Shown piece by piece: positions 1-8,390 of a DNA stretch of 64,000 nucleotides. The first letter of the stretch is position 1, and each line of letters begins with the position of its first letter. The DNA lies in IMG/VR virus record IMGVR_UViG_3300030095_006531, positions 1 through 64,000 of that record; one strand, given 5' to 3'. This DNA is from a virus (Duplodnaviria; Caudoviricetes). The notes beneath the pieces are model-generated. The model searched no databases, was not told where the DNA came from, and saw only the letters and a list, made by a program, of their open reading frames with translations. The translations under genes were made by a program, and so were the position numbers.

Positions 1-762
1 ACCATCACAGGTTTCAGCTTCAGGGTAAATTGCGTCAACACACTTTGATTCACCGCCATCACAAATAGTACGACCGTATTCACAGATGCCAACTGCTCGA
101 CCGGGACCGCATATTGTAAATCTTATATTATCTATAATACCATCACAATCATCGTCGGCTTGATTACAAGTTTCTGTTTCTGGCAAGATTTGGTTATTGC
201 ACGGGCTCCACGCACCATTTATACAAAATTGCTCACCTTTTTTGCAGGAAGTTGTCCCATCTAAGATTGCATCACTTGGTCCAGACCAACAAGTTATAGG
301 TTTAACATCGTTATCAATTTTCTCGTCACAATTATTATCTACACCATCGCAACGCTCAGGAGCACCAGGGTGAATGCGGCGGGAACGATCATTACAATCG
401 CCTTGGCAAGTAGTGTAGCCATCTCTATCAGTATCAAAGCCGTCATCAATTAGGCCATCACAATTATTATCTAAGCCATCACAGATTTCTTCAGTGGGTG
501 GCACAAACCCAACGCAAATTTCTTTACCATCAGTGTCACACTGGAATTCACCAAACTGGCATTGTCCGGTGGAATAAAGCGGGCTTTGTTTGAATTCTTC
601 GGCTGAAACGTGAACTCCACCTTGTGTAATACCACAAGGATAATTAAGACGACAATACTGCGATAATCCACCGGACTCATCACAACTCGCACACCCTTGA
701 AGTATGGTCGCAACCGCGATTGTGAAGAGTATAAACTTTCGGTGGGAAAACTTATTTCCCAT
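1..762 (-). CDS. Cys-rich lipoprotein with MopE-like putative metal-binding repeats (partial, runs off window edge)
   Basis: Manual translation from ATG at 762 is open to base 1 (254 codons): MGNKFSHRKFILFTIAVATILQGC (signal peptide plus lipobox), then EICDGLDNNCDGLID, DCNDRSRRIHPGAPERCDGVDNNCDEKID, ETCNQADDDCDGIID, ETCDG. Confidence 0.85.
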   Translation of the reverse strand, partial: MGNKFSHRKFILFTIAVATILQGCASCDESGGLSQYCRLNYPCGITQGGVHVSAEEFKQSPLYSTGQCQFGEFQCDTDGKEICVGFVPPTEEICDGLDNNCDGLIDDGFDTDRDGYTTCQGDCNDRSRRIHPGAPERCDGVDNNCDEKIDNDVKPITCWSGPSDAILDGTTSCKKGEQFCINGAWSPCNNQILPETETCNQADDDCDGIIDNIRFTICGPGRAVGICEYGRTICDGGESKCVDAIYPEAETCDG

Positions 763-807
763 ACTAATACATATTACCCTAAAAGATTAAAAGATTTAAA
801 TTTTATT

Positions 808-1404
808 TTAAAATCCCAAAGATTTCAATTCTTTAATTGCTTGTTGTGTGTTCTTGTATAGAACTGTAAGGCCACCAGCACCGTTGAACTTACTTGTGTT
901 ACTTTCAAAGTCATCTATTAGTATTCCAATTTTACCCTGATGGTTGGCGTAAGGTGCTTTATCGTACCTTATCTGCACCCGTTCTTTGTTGAGGCCAATA
1001 TTATCTTTTACCCATTTCTTCTTGCCAATAACTGCTTGAAGATCTGTTGGTTTGGATAAGATGATAGGGTTATATTTTTCAATGTAACTCCATAACTCTT
1101 TCCCTTCAGGCAACCAGTCCAGGTTCATCCAAAAACGTCGATTATCAGACAGGACTCTATATAGAAAATTCCTCGTTTCTTTAAGAAAATTGGGGTGATT
1201 TTTATCAAGATGCTCTGACGTTAATGTCTGCCCTTGTAAAGCATTTTTTGCTTTAATTTGAGCATTTTTATAGTTCTCAGAGGCTTCTGTCGGTGGTTCT
1301 GAATAAACTGCTTTATTTACACCTCCAACTAGATCGACCAAAACCCCATCTAGGTCACAAAAGATTTGATATTTGTTAGTTGATTTCATAAAATCCATCT
1401 CCAT
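808..1404 (-). CDS. HAD-family 5'(3')-deoxyribonucleotidase-like phosphatase
   Basis: CDLDGVLVD motif I, ILS motif II, K, LIDD motif IV. Confidence 0.75.
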   Translation of the reverse strand: MEMDFMKSTNKYQIFCDLDGVLVDLVGGVNKAVYSEPPTEASENYKNAQIKAKNALQGQTLTSEHLDKNHPNFLKETRNFLYRVLSDNRRFWMNLDWLPEGKELWSYIEKYNPIILSKPTDLQAVIGKKKWVKDNIGLNKERVQIRYDKAPYANHQGKIGILIDDFESNTSKFNGAGGLTVLYKNTQQAIKELKSLGF

Positions 1405-1733
1405 CGTTTACGAGTTTCCAGATAGTCTGGCTCGTCATCATGATTGTATGCTTCGAGTTCTGCTCTTATGTTATAATAGGCAAGAGCACCATCGCGATAA
1501 AATATATAATTTTTTAGATAATCATAATAATATAAAACTATGAAGCCGATAAATAGTGTTTCTAGGAATTGTTGAAAGTGAATTGTTTCGTGTCTTTTTG
1601 TTTGTTCGGACATCTCTCCCCTGGAGAAGACGATGAAACCTAGTGTAATTGCACCGATGTTGATTGGTGCAATTTTAGATAAAATAATTGGAATTTTGCT
1701 ATTTTCAATAAAAATGGGCTTCCAGTTTTTCAT
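1386..1733 (-). CDS. Hypothetical protein with HExxH motif and hydrophobic segments
   Basis: HETIH, downstream ELEAY; sigma70-like promoter immediately upstream. Confidence 0.6.
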   Translation of the reverse strand: MKNWKPIFIENSKIPIILSKIAPINIGAITLGFIVFSRGEMSEQTKRHETIHFQQFLETLFIGFIVLYYYDYLKNYIFYRDGALAYYNIRAELEAYNHDDEPDYLETRKRWRWIL

Positions 1734-1740
1734 AATTATT

Positions 1741-1769
1741 ATAATATCACAGAATTATGAGCCTGTCAA
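1741..1769 (-). promoter_or_regulatory. sigma70-like promoter, likely leaderless
   Basis: TTGACA(1769-1764)-17 nt-TATTAT(1746-1741), TGn extension, ATG 7 nt downstream. Confidence 0.7.
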
Positions 1770-2215
1770 GAAGAAAATTCATCAAATTTACCGGTTTTCC
1801 AGTCAATTTTCATTAATTTTATGTCTTTTTTGTCTTCTGGGAAGTCATCAGCATGATACTGGATGGCTTTGAACTCTTCGTCGTCGTCATCAAAGTGCAT
1901 GTCACTTTTCAAATCTCTGAGCTTGGACCACTTATCTGCTAAATCTGTAAGAAAAAGATCGTCACGTGGGACATTATGGTCATCGAGGAAATCTGTTATA
2001 AACAGTCTGTTGTCTTTTGTGTCTTTTCGACTTGTAACAACATAAACCATAGCACCTTTGGCTTTCAGTTCCTTCATTCTGGTTATTACAATTGGATTGG
2101 GACGCCCATCTTCGGTCATGCGAATCGTATCATCAAAGTCTACAGTCACAACCTCTGGTTGGGGCTCTTGAGCTTCGTTAGTAAATCTGCGCCAGGTTTC
2201 GATAAGGAGTTTCAT
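1766..2215 (-). CDS. HAD-superfamily phosphatase with MKLLIETWRRFTNE leader
   Basis: VDFDDT motif I, VTSR, K, HFDDD. Confidence 0.65.
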   Translation of the reverse strand: MKLLIETWRRFTNEAQEPQPEVVTVDFDDTIRMTEDGRPNPIVITRMKELKAKGAMVYVVTSRKDTKDNRLFITDFLDDHNVPRDDLFLTDLADKWSKLRDLKSDMHFDDDDEEFKAIQYHADDFPEDKKDIKLMKIDWKTGKFDEFSS

Positions 2216-2221
2216 ATGTTT

Positions 2222-2680
2222 TTATTTCGACCAAGAAGTTGTCTGCTGATATTTAGGGGAAATATATTTACCAGATTTTGGATCTCGTTTAAACCCCGCT
2301 TGTTTTAAGGCAGCAATTATTTTTGGATTATTTCCTCCATACTGAGTTACTCCATCAAACTTATTAACACCTTTAGCTTGGTCACGTCCTTTGCCTTTAG
2401 GGGCGGATTGAAAAGAGGTTTCGGTGCCCCCGCTGGTGACACCATGAGTTGTGCGACCTTGCACCACCTTCGTTGGGTCGTCTTGATATAATGCTTGTCG
2501 CCATTTTTTATATGCTTTTTCGTCGGCTTGGGAAGCAAAACTTTGAGCAAATGTCTCTCTTGCTCCACCTGGATATACAGTCGTGGTGCTTCGAGAAGTT
2601 GCGGGATTGTCCGACACCTCCAGCAATTTATCTACTTCTTCTTGAATGATCTGTTGTAATGTTAATTTTGTAAGTTTCAT
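2222..2680 (-). CDS. Hypothetical protein with MKLTKxxLxxIIxEE leader
   Basis: ORF track; start moved to ATG 2680 (GAGG upstream). Confidence 0.65.
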   Translation of the reverse strand: MKLTKLTLQQIIQEEVDKLLEVSDNPATSRSTTTVYPGGARETFAQSFASQADEKAYKKWRQALYQDDPTKVVQGRTTHGVTSGGTETSFQSAPKGKGRDQAKGVNKFDGVTQYGGNNPKIIAALKQAGFKRDPKSGKYISPKYQQTTSWSK

Positions 2681-2718
2681 GTTTGCGTTTAACCTCACGG
2701 GTCATTGTCGGCGAATGG

Positions 2719-3111
2719 TCAACCCTTTTTCAAGCGTTCGCCTGATTCTCCTTTTGCAATCTGAATTGCTTCTTCCATTGTAAGATCGCCATTCTTTACT
2801 TCACGAGCTAGTTCTATGAAAGGATCTTTCTCTTCAACAAACTCTTTAGGAACTTCTAGTCCTGGTCTAGTTCGCTTGTCTAGTTGTTGTAGTGCCTTTA
2901 CGTTGCCTAATTGATTTTTCTGTTTTAAAAGAAAAAGAGCCTTGACAGTATCGGCATCAACACCTTTAGGGATGACATATGTTTCGTTTGGTTTTGTGCC
3001 TTGAACAATCTTTAGAGCTTTCATAAATGCTGGTGTAAAACTTGGGAATTGTGATTGCTCTTGCAACTCTTCCTCAACCATTTCTAGCAATTTTTGTTTA
3101 TTTAGTTTCAT
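2719..3111 (-). CDS. Hypothetical protein with MKLNKQKLLEMVEEE leader
   Basis: ORF track; start moved to ATG 3111. Confidence 0.65.
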   Translation of the reverse strand: MKLNKQKLLEMVEEELQEQSQFPSFTPAFMKALKIVQGTKPNETYVIPKGVDADTVKALFLLKQKNQLGNVKALQQLDKRTRPGLEVPKEFVEEKDPFIELAREVKNGDLTMEEAIQIAKGESGERLKKG

Positions 3112-3445
3112 GTTTTCCACTTCCATTTTGAGGTAGTGACTTCTCCAAATTTAGAGAGCTTAACCTATCGTTTCTTATAATTAGTTTCCTGTCTGTATCG
3201 TAGATATAAAATACTGTTTTTGTTAAGCCATGACGAGTTATGCGAGCTTTCTTGGTCCCATTAATATAAACTATGTCATCAGCATTATAATCATTTCCTA
3301 CAAAAAACATAATCCCTTCAACAAATCTTTGAATTATATTTTTGAAAGTTAATACAGCAATGCCTGCCACAAACATCCACCCATATTGCCCCAACAGGCT
3401 CGACACAATAGCTTTTATTTCTTGTTCTGTCACGCTTAATACCAC
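3098..3445 (-). CDS. Mini MscS-like membrane protein
   Basis: Hydrophobic helix, then FFVGNDYNADDIVYING..ARITRHGLTKT..LIIRNDRL, resembling the MscS TM3/Sm-like beta domain. Confidence 0.5.
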   Translation of the reverse strand: MVLSVTEQEIKAIVSSLLGQYGWMFVAGIAVLTFKNIIQRFVEGIMFFVGNDYNADDIVYINGTKKARITRHGLTKTVFYIYDTDRKLIIRNDRLSSLNLEKSLPQNGSGKHETK

Positions 3446-4011
3446 TCTATTGGGTGAAAAAGAGGAACTTCTTTAAAGAAATCCTCAAGAATTTCCTTGT
3501 CATCCCTGGTATAAATAGCACCTGGTGCTAAGATTATCTTATCGTTTCCTGATTTACTGGGCTTTATATTGTTATATTTGATCACTCCCACAGGTATTAA
3601 TTTGGATTCAGTTGGTGATGAACTTGGAACAATAATCAAATCCCATCCCATATCGTCTGCTGGATTTATTATGTTTGGCCATTCACCATAATCAAAGGGC
3701 AGCGGGTTGTCTTTGGTTGTACCAAAGGCTTTTGCAGAACCACGAGGAACATCTATATGGATTGGCTCATTGGGATTAGCGCGTAAATACTGATGCAACT
3801 TTTCTATGCTTTTTATTTTTATCTTTTTTTGTGGCAATTGAGGTTCTGGGCGACAATAAGGAGAGCCATCGTAGTTAAACCCATTTTGCTCTTGACCTTG
3901 AGGGCATGGCTTCGATGGTTTGCCTGCGGCTACATTGACACCGAATGTGCCAAAAGCGTAAGCATTTTCTTTTATGATATACTTGTGCCACTTTTTGAGC
4001 AAGTGTTCCAC
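3436..4011 (-). CDS. Family I inorganic pyrophosphatase-like protein with leader
   Basis: PFDYGE...ADDMGWDLII...VGVIK...NDKII resembles the PPase YG/DxD/DK motifs. Confidence 0.5.
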   Translation of the reverse strand: MEHLLKKWHKYIIKENAYAFGTFGVNVAAGKPSKPCPQGQEQNGFNYDGSPYCRPEPQLPQKKIKIKSIEKLHQYLRANPNEPIHIDVPRGSAKAFGTTKDNPLPFDYGEWPNIINPADDMGWDLIIVPSSSPTESKLIPVGVIKYNNIKPSKSGNDKIILAPGAIYTRDDKEILEDFFKEVPLFHPIEWY

Positions 4012-4020
4012 AAAACCACC

Positions 4021-5187
4021 CTACTCTTCACCTTCTTGAGATTTAATGAGTTTGTCTGTTCGGTATGCAACTTTGTTCGCATCAGTCCGAGCGACTCGAC
4101 CAGCAGCCATCTGAGAGCCGATTAGGTACTTGTTGATGTTTTGAGATAAGCCATCCAGAGCATCATAGATTGCAACAATATCTGAAGACATTTTGTTGGC
4201 ATATGAGTTGGCCAACTCCGATAAGGATTCTTTAGAGCCTAAATTTAAAATAGCAGTTTCGGAGTTAAATTCGAGGGATGCTAGTTTTTGTTTTTTCTTT
4301 TTCGTACCTCTTACTCTTTTAGTAGTTCCTTTTAAAAATGATGTGGAAACAAAAAATTCAGTCCCCTTTACAAATCCCAGGTCTGGATCGTCGATGTCGA
4401 TGTATCCCGCCAATTCTGGTGTTTCGCCAAAATGTTCTGGTCCATGAATTAGATTACCCTCTTCATCTTGGGTAAAAGCAGACGAGCCGATTGTGAATTC
4501 ATAAAATCGAATTACGGGGGGGTTTGATTTTTCTAGGTCTTTTAAAGCAACCATGTAATTAATGGGCTTGCCGGTTCTGGCTATTGTTCCGATTAGGTCT
4601 TTATAAGAACCATCGATGCTGGATGCACCCTTTCGAAGAAGTTTCAAACTAAAAGGTTTGCCCAACAAATTAACATCAGCAATGTCTCCTGACGCGCCTC
4701 CGGCACGAGATTGACTTGCTGCGATTTTTTCTGAACTTCCTCCCAACAATGCGGCAAGGAAAGCCTCGAACAAAAAACCACCGGCTGAAGCGTCGAAGTC
4801 GTACACAATCGATACTAATACATCCATCGCCATTAATTTCGACAAAATCGTAGAATCAGCTTGTCGAAGGCAACCTGCCTGTTCTTTGCAGCTATTAGCA
4901 AACTCATTAAGGTTGTTTATCTTATCGACCCAGGTTGTTCCTGTTGCAACGCGACGAAGTAATTGTTCGACCTCTGCCCGGTCTTTATTACCGGGCTCGC
5001 CCCAGGCATCGCTAATTTTCGGGTAAGGAATGTTGAGCGTCTTTTTCTCTACCTTGGTTGGTTTTACCGTTGCGCCTCGACGTTTACCGTATCCTGTGTC
5101 TTTTTGCTCGGTTAGAACTTTTGGCTTGTCAGTTTCGGGAGTTTGTTCTAACCAACCCCTCCATTTTTTGTAAGAATAGTCACTCAT
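4021..5187 (-). CDS. Hypothetical protein, possible PD-(D/E)XK nuclease-fold domain
   Basis: GFLFEAFLA...IAD...FSLK spacing; leader MSDYSYKKWRGWLE. Confidence 0.5.
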   Translation of the reverse strand: MSDYSYKKWRGWLEQTPETDKPKVLTEQKDTGYGKRRGATVKPTKVEKKTLNIPYPKISDAWGEPGNKDRAEVEQLLRRVATGTTWVDKINNLNEFANSCKEQAGCLRQADSTILSKLMAMDVLVSIVYDFDASAGGFLFEAFLAALLGGSSEKIAASQSRAGGASGDIADVNLLGKPFSLKLLRKGASSIDGSYKDLIGTIARTGKPINYMVALKDLEKSNPPVIRFYEFTIGSSAFTQDEEGNLIHGPEHFGETPELAGYIDIDDPDLGFVKGTEFFVSTSFLKGTTKRVRGTKKKKQKLASLEFNSETAILNLGSKESLSELANSYANKMSSDIVAIYDALDGLSQNINKYLIGSQMAAGRVARTDANKVAYRTDKLIKSQEGEE

Positions 5188-5198
5188 AATTTATTTCC

Positions 5199-7550
5199 TT
5201 ATTTCTTTAAATATCTTCTCCAAGACTCAAACAACATTTTATCAGACTTCTTTTCTTTTTTTGATTCATTTGTCTGTTTGGTAAAAGGTTTCTCACCTCT
5301 TTCGACATCTTTTAACAAGTCATAATAAGTATAAGCAGATTGCTTATTTAATGCCATCTGATAAGAAGTCTTATTGAACTCCTCTAAAAGCCTTGTTGCC
5401 TTATACAAGTCATCATCATCAAAGTACAATAAATCAAAATCCATGATTGGAAAAATGCCATCAAGCTCTGGTGATAATCTTTGTCTTTCTGGTTTGACAA
5501 CAAAGTTCTTGATAGGAAAATCAACTCGTTTGCGAATGAAGTTTAAGTTCTCACGAAGGTCTGTCGCAAACTCTCTTGACCACAGTCTCTTTAAGAGTGT
5601 TTGGTTTTCTGCTGAAATTTCTTTGAATTCTCTGATGTCTTTTGTGATTGGAATTCTTTGCTTAAAGGTTACATTAATCTCGCGTTCATCAGCATTGATG
5701 ACGGCTCTAACCTTATCCAGATTCTTTAATACCTCTGGTATGTTTGCAATACGATCTTTGATGATGCCTTTTTCTTGCAACTCTTCCCTGATCTCATTCA
5801 TAATAACATCAAATGAATCATCTGCATCTTCAAAGTTACGCGCCCATCTTCTTAAGCTATTGAGATTGTATTGGAAGTAATTGTAGTCTGGATAAAATTC
5901 TGTACGATACATCCCATCACTTCCAATGGGGTCGCGTTTGGTAGTTACGTCATATCCCGCACCAAAATGTCTTTCCAATGCTTTGGTGGTTGCTTTTTTA
6001 ATTTCCTCATCATTAAGTGCCCAAGCACCTCTTCCCAGCGAAAATGGACTGTCAGGATCTGGGTCGGGGTATTCTCCAAACTCTTCTACCGTATCAAACG
6101 CAAACTCGGCGTGATATATGACCGGACTTTCTTCATCGTAAGCATCAATATCTGCATTAATTGTGAACCATTTCATCGAAGCGTTTGCTGGGTCTACAAT
6201 CTCTGTTACTGCTCTTTCAAAAGGATCATCAACATCTTGTTGAATGCGCTTTTCATCTTCTGGGTTTATACCGATGTCGCCAGCTTGGGCCATCATTTCA
6301 TCTTGTTCGGCGTTTGTTAAGCCCTTGAACATTGCCGCAAAGATTCCACCGTCTGATGTGTCTCTGTATGTTCCACCGTATCTTGTCCACTTCTCACCAG
6401 AAACATCGTTTGCAAGCTTGTCAATATCTCCATATGCCTTCTCTTGTGATTTAAGTGCCCAATCAACAACAGACTTTAGAAATCCTGGTGGGGCCTGTCG
6501 GTTTCCTTGCGTGTAAGTTCTAGTCTCGGGAACTGCCAACATCCTTCCATCTTCATCGTGAACAAACTTTCTTAAACGAACCCTGGAAAAGGGTGTCATA
6601 CCTGGAATATCGCGGTCAGTATCCATAAATATCTCTTCATCACCTTGATCCAAATCAACATCCTCTGGATTTGTTTCATCTAGGTTTACATCGAAGTAAT
6701 CTTCAAACTCTTTACGAGGAACCGAGTAGGCGATTGGTCCGTGCCCTCTTGACTCTGCTACTGCACACTGAAAGTATCCACCCGTTCTTGAGTGGCAAGA
6801 GCGAATGTCGTCCATATCTGACATTCTCACCACATCAACTGGGTGTCTCGAAAGGATTGTGATATATGGATCTTTCTTGTCAAATGCTGCGCCAGGATTT
6901 TCTCGATAGAATTGTGACTTTTCATTCCAAAACTTTTTAAACTTTGGGATATTTTGTTCAACTGCGTATAAGTCATCTGTGGCGGAAAACGGTAAAACAG
7001 ATGTGAGTTTTCTTTCCATCGTTTCTTTCTTTTCAATTGCCTTTTTTAATTTTACCTCTTTTGGATCGTCTGGGTCAAAGCCTGCTACATCCATTGCGGT
7101 TTCAGCAGCGTAACCACCAGCATCACTATATTCCTCTTTTGCTCTTTCATATTGTTTGATTACATTTCCGATCATGTCGAGAGCTTTACCGATACGAATC
7201 TTTTGTGTTTTTGTGACTTTTTCTCCTGCTCGTGGTCCCTTTGGGATTACTGTTGTTACATCCTTTGTGACCGTAGAGTCGTCAAAATCAATTTCGTAGC
7301 CATTGTTTTGGAATAAGCGAACGATATTTCCGACTGGACCTTCGGCTGGTGATGGAGGGGGCGTGATTGCGATACGCTTCTTGCCATTGAATAGATTGTC
7401 AAACGAGTATGCCTCTTCAGGGGCATCTCTCATCCATTTTTTAATGTATTCATAGTCGGACTCTGATATTTCATTAAGAACATTTCTTCTTAACTTCTCC
7501 AGCTCTTGCTCTTGAAGATGACCTCTCCAGTTTTCAAACAATAGTCTCAT
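5199..7550 (-). CDS. Large hypothetical protein (783 aa), putative internal head protein
   Basis: Long ORF; N-terminal MRLLFENWRGHLQE and C-terminal MLFESWRRYLKK. Confidence 0.7.
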   Translation of the reverse strand: MRLLFENWRGHLQEQELEKLRRNVLNEISESDYEYIKKWMRDAPEEAYSFDNLFNGKKRIAITPPPSPAEGPVGNIVRLFQNNGYEIDFDDSTVTKDVTTVIPKGPRAGEKVTKTQKIRIGKALDMIGNVIKQYERAKEEYSDAGGYAAETAMDVAGFDPDDPKEVKLKKAIEKKETMERKLTSVLPFSATDDLYAVEQNIPKFKKFWNEKSQFYRENPGAAFDKKDPYITILSRHPVDVVRMSDMDDIRSCHSRTGGYFQCAVAESRGHGPIAYSVPRKEFEDYFDVNLDETNPEDVDLDQGDEEIFMDTDRDIPGMTPFSRVRLRKFVHDEDGRMLAVPETRTYTQGNRQAPPGFLKSVVDWALKSQEKAYGDIDKLANDVSGEKWTRYGGTYRDTSDGGIFAAMFKGLTNAEQDEMMAQAGDIGINPEDEKRIQQDVDDPFERAVTEIVDPANASMKWFTINADIDAYDEESPVIYHAEFAFDTVEEFGEYPDPDPDSPFSLGRGAWALNDEEIKKATTKALERHFGAGYDVTTKRDPIGSDGMYRTEFYPDYNYFQYNLNSLRRWARNFEDADDSFDVIMNEIREELQEKGIIKDRIANIPEVLKNLDKVRAVINADEREINVTFKQRIPITKDIREFKEISAENQTLLKRLWSREFATDLRENLNFIRKRVDFPIKNFVVKPERQRLSPELDGIFPIMDFDLLYFDDDDLYKATRLLEEFNKTSYQMALNKQSAYTYYDLLKDVERGEKPFTKQTNESKKEKKSDKMLFESWRRYLKK

Positions 7551-7556
7551 CTCTTT

Positions 7557-7751
7557 TTACTCACCCTCTTGATTTCTTTCCGTGGCTGCTTTGGGATCTT
7601 TTCCCTCTTCAGCTTTTATACAGTTGCGATATGTTTTTCCAAACATTTCTTTCGTTTTTTGAGTTGGATGAGTTTTGTAACCTTTTTGACAACGCTCCTC
7701 AAGGACTCCCTCAATCATGTTAATTAAAATTTCTTTTGTAAGTTTCATCAA
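7557..7751 (-). CDS. Small basic two-Cys protein with MKLTK leader
   Basis: MKLTKEILINMIEGVLEE then RCQKGY...GKTYRNCIK. Confidence 0.6.
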   Translation of the reverse strand: MMKLTKEILINMIEGVLEERCQKGYKTHPTQKTKEMFGKTYRNCIKAEEGKDPKAATERNQEGE

Positions 7752-8386
7752 TCATAATCCCACTTATCTTCATTATCGCCATAACTAAATAGTTTTTCAT
7801 GACTGATTCGGTCAGGATCATCTGAATCTTTATACACCTTTAGCCAACTAGGGTCATCGAATTTTGCAGGGCAGAGGCTTGAGTCCACGAATCTCATCTT
7901 GTTGTTAGGCCCACAGCAAAGCACACCAGTTTCTTTGTCAAAGAAAAAATTCTTTGTTTTATGTTCATGCCAAACTTCGCTCTGACCATAATCATTTCCA
8001 TGGACCGGCTCTTGTGGATCACAAGTAAAAAGATAAACGCCCTTTAGCATCTTGTTCGTTCTAGAGTACATTTGAACATCTGTTATTTTCATTCCAGCAA
8101 GCTCAATGAGTTGAAAATTATTGGATAAACAATCCCACCAACCTACGTCTTCCATTCTAATTTGATCTCGTGGCGTTTCTTCTTTATTAAATATCGCACA
8201 CTGATCAACCTTGTCGTATAATGCACCCAATGATGGAAACCAAACAAGAAATAGTGGTGCGCGAGCGCGAACAAACCTTATCCCTTGAAGAACACCGAAG
8301 ATGGTTTCATCTTTTCCATAGTTGGGCTTGCCAGAGAGAAATGATTTCTTGACGTAGCACTCAATATAAGGAGTGGATACAATCAT
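7748..8386 (-). CDS. Hypothetical phage protein
   Basis: 212 aa ORF packed between neighbours; WWDC, EHK, PNN motifs. Confidence 0.65.
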   Translation of the reverse strand: MIVSTPYIECYVKKSFLSGKPNYGKDETIFGVLQGIRFVRARAPLFLVWFPSLGALYDKVDQCAIFNKEETPRDQIRMEDVGWWDCLSNNFQLIELAGMKITDVQMYSRTNKMLKGVYLFTCDPQEPVHGNDYGQSEVWHEHKTKNFFFDKETGVLCCGPNNKMRFVDSSLCPAKFDDPSWLKVYKDSDDPDRISHEKLFSYGDNEDKWDYD

Positions 8387-8390
8387 TTAA

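Noticed and set aside
471-713. 80-aa - strand ORF in the track
   Set aside because: Alternative frame inside the real lipoprotein ORF 1-762
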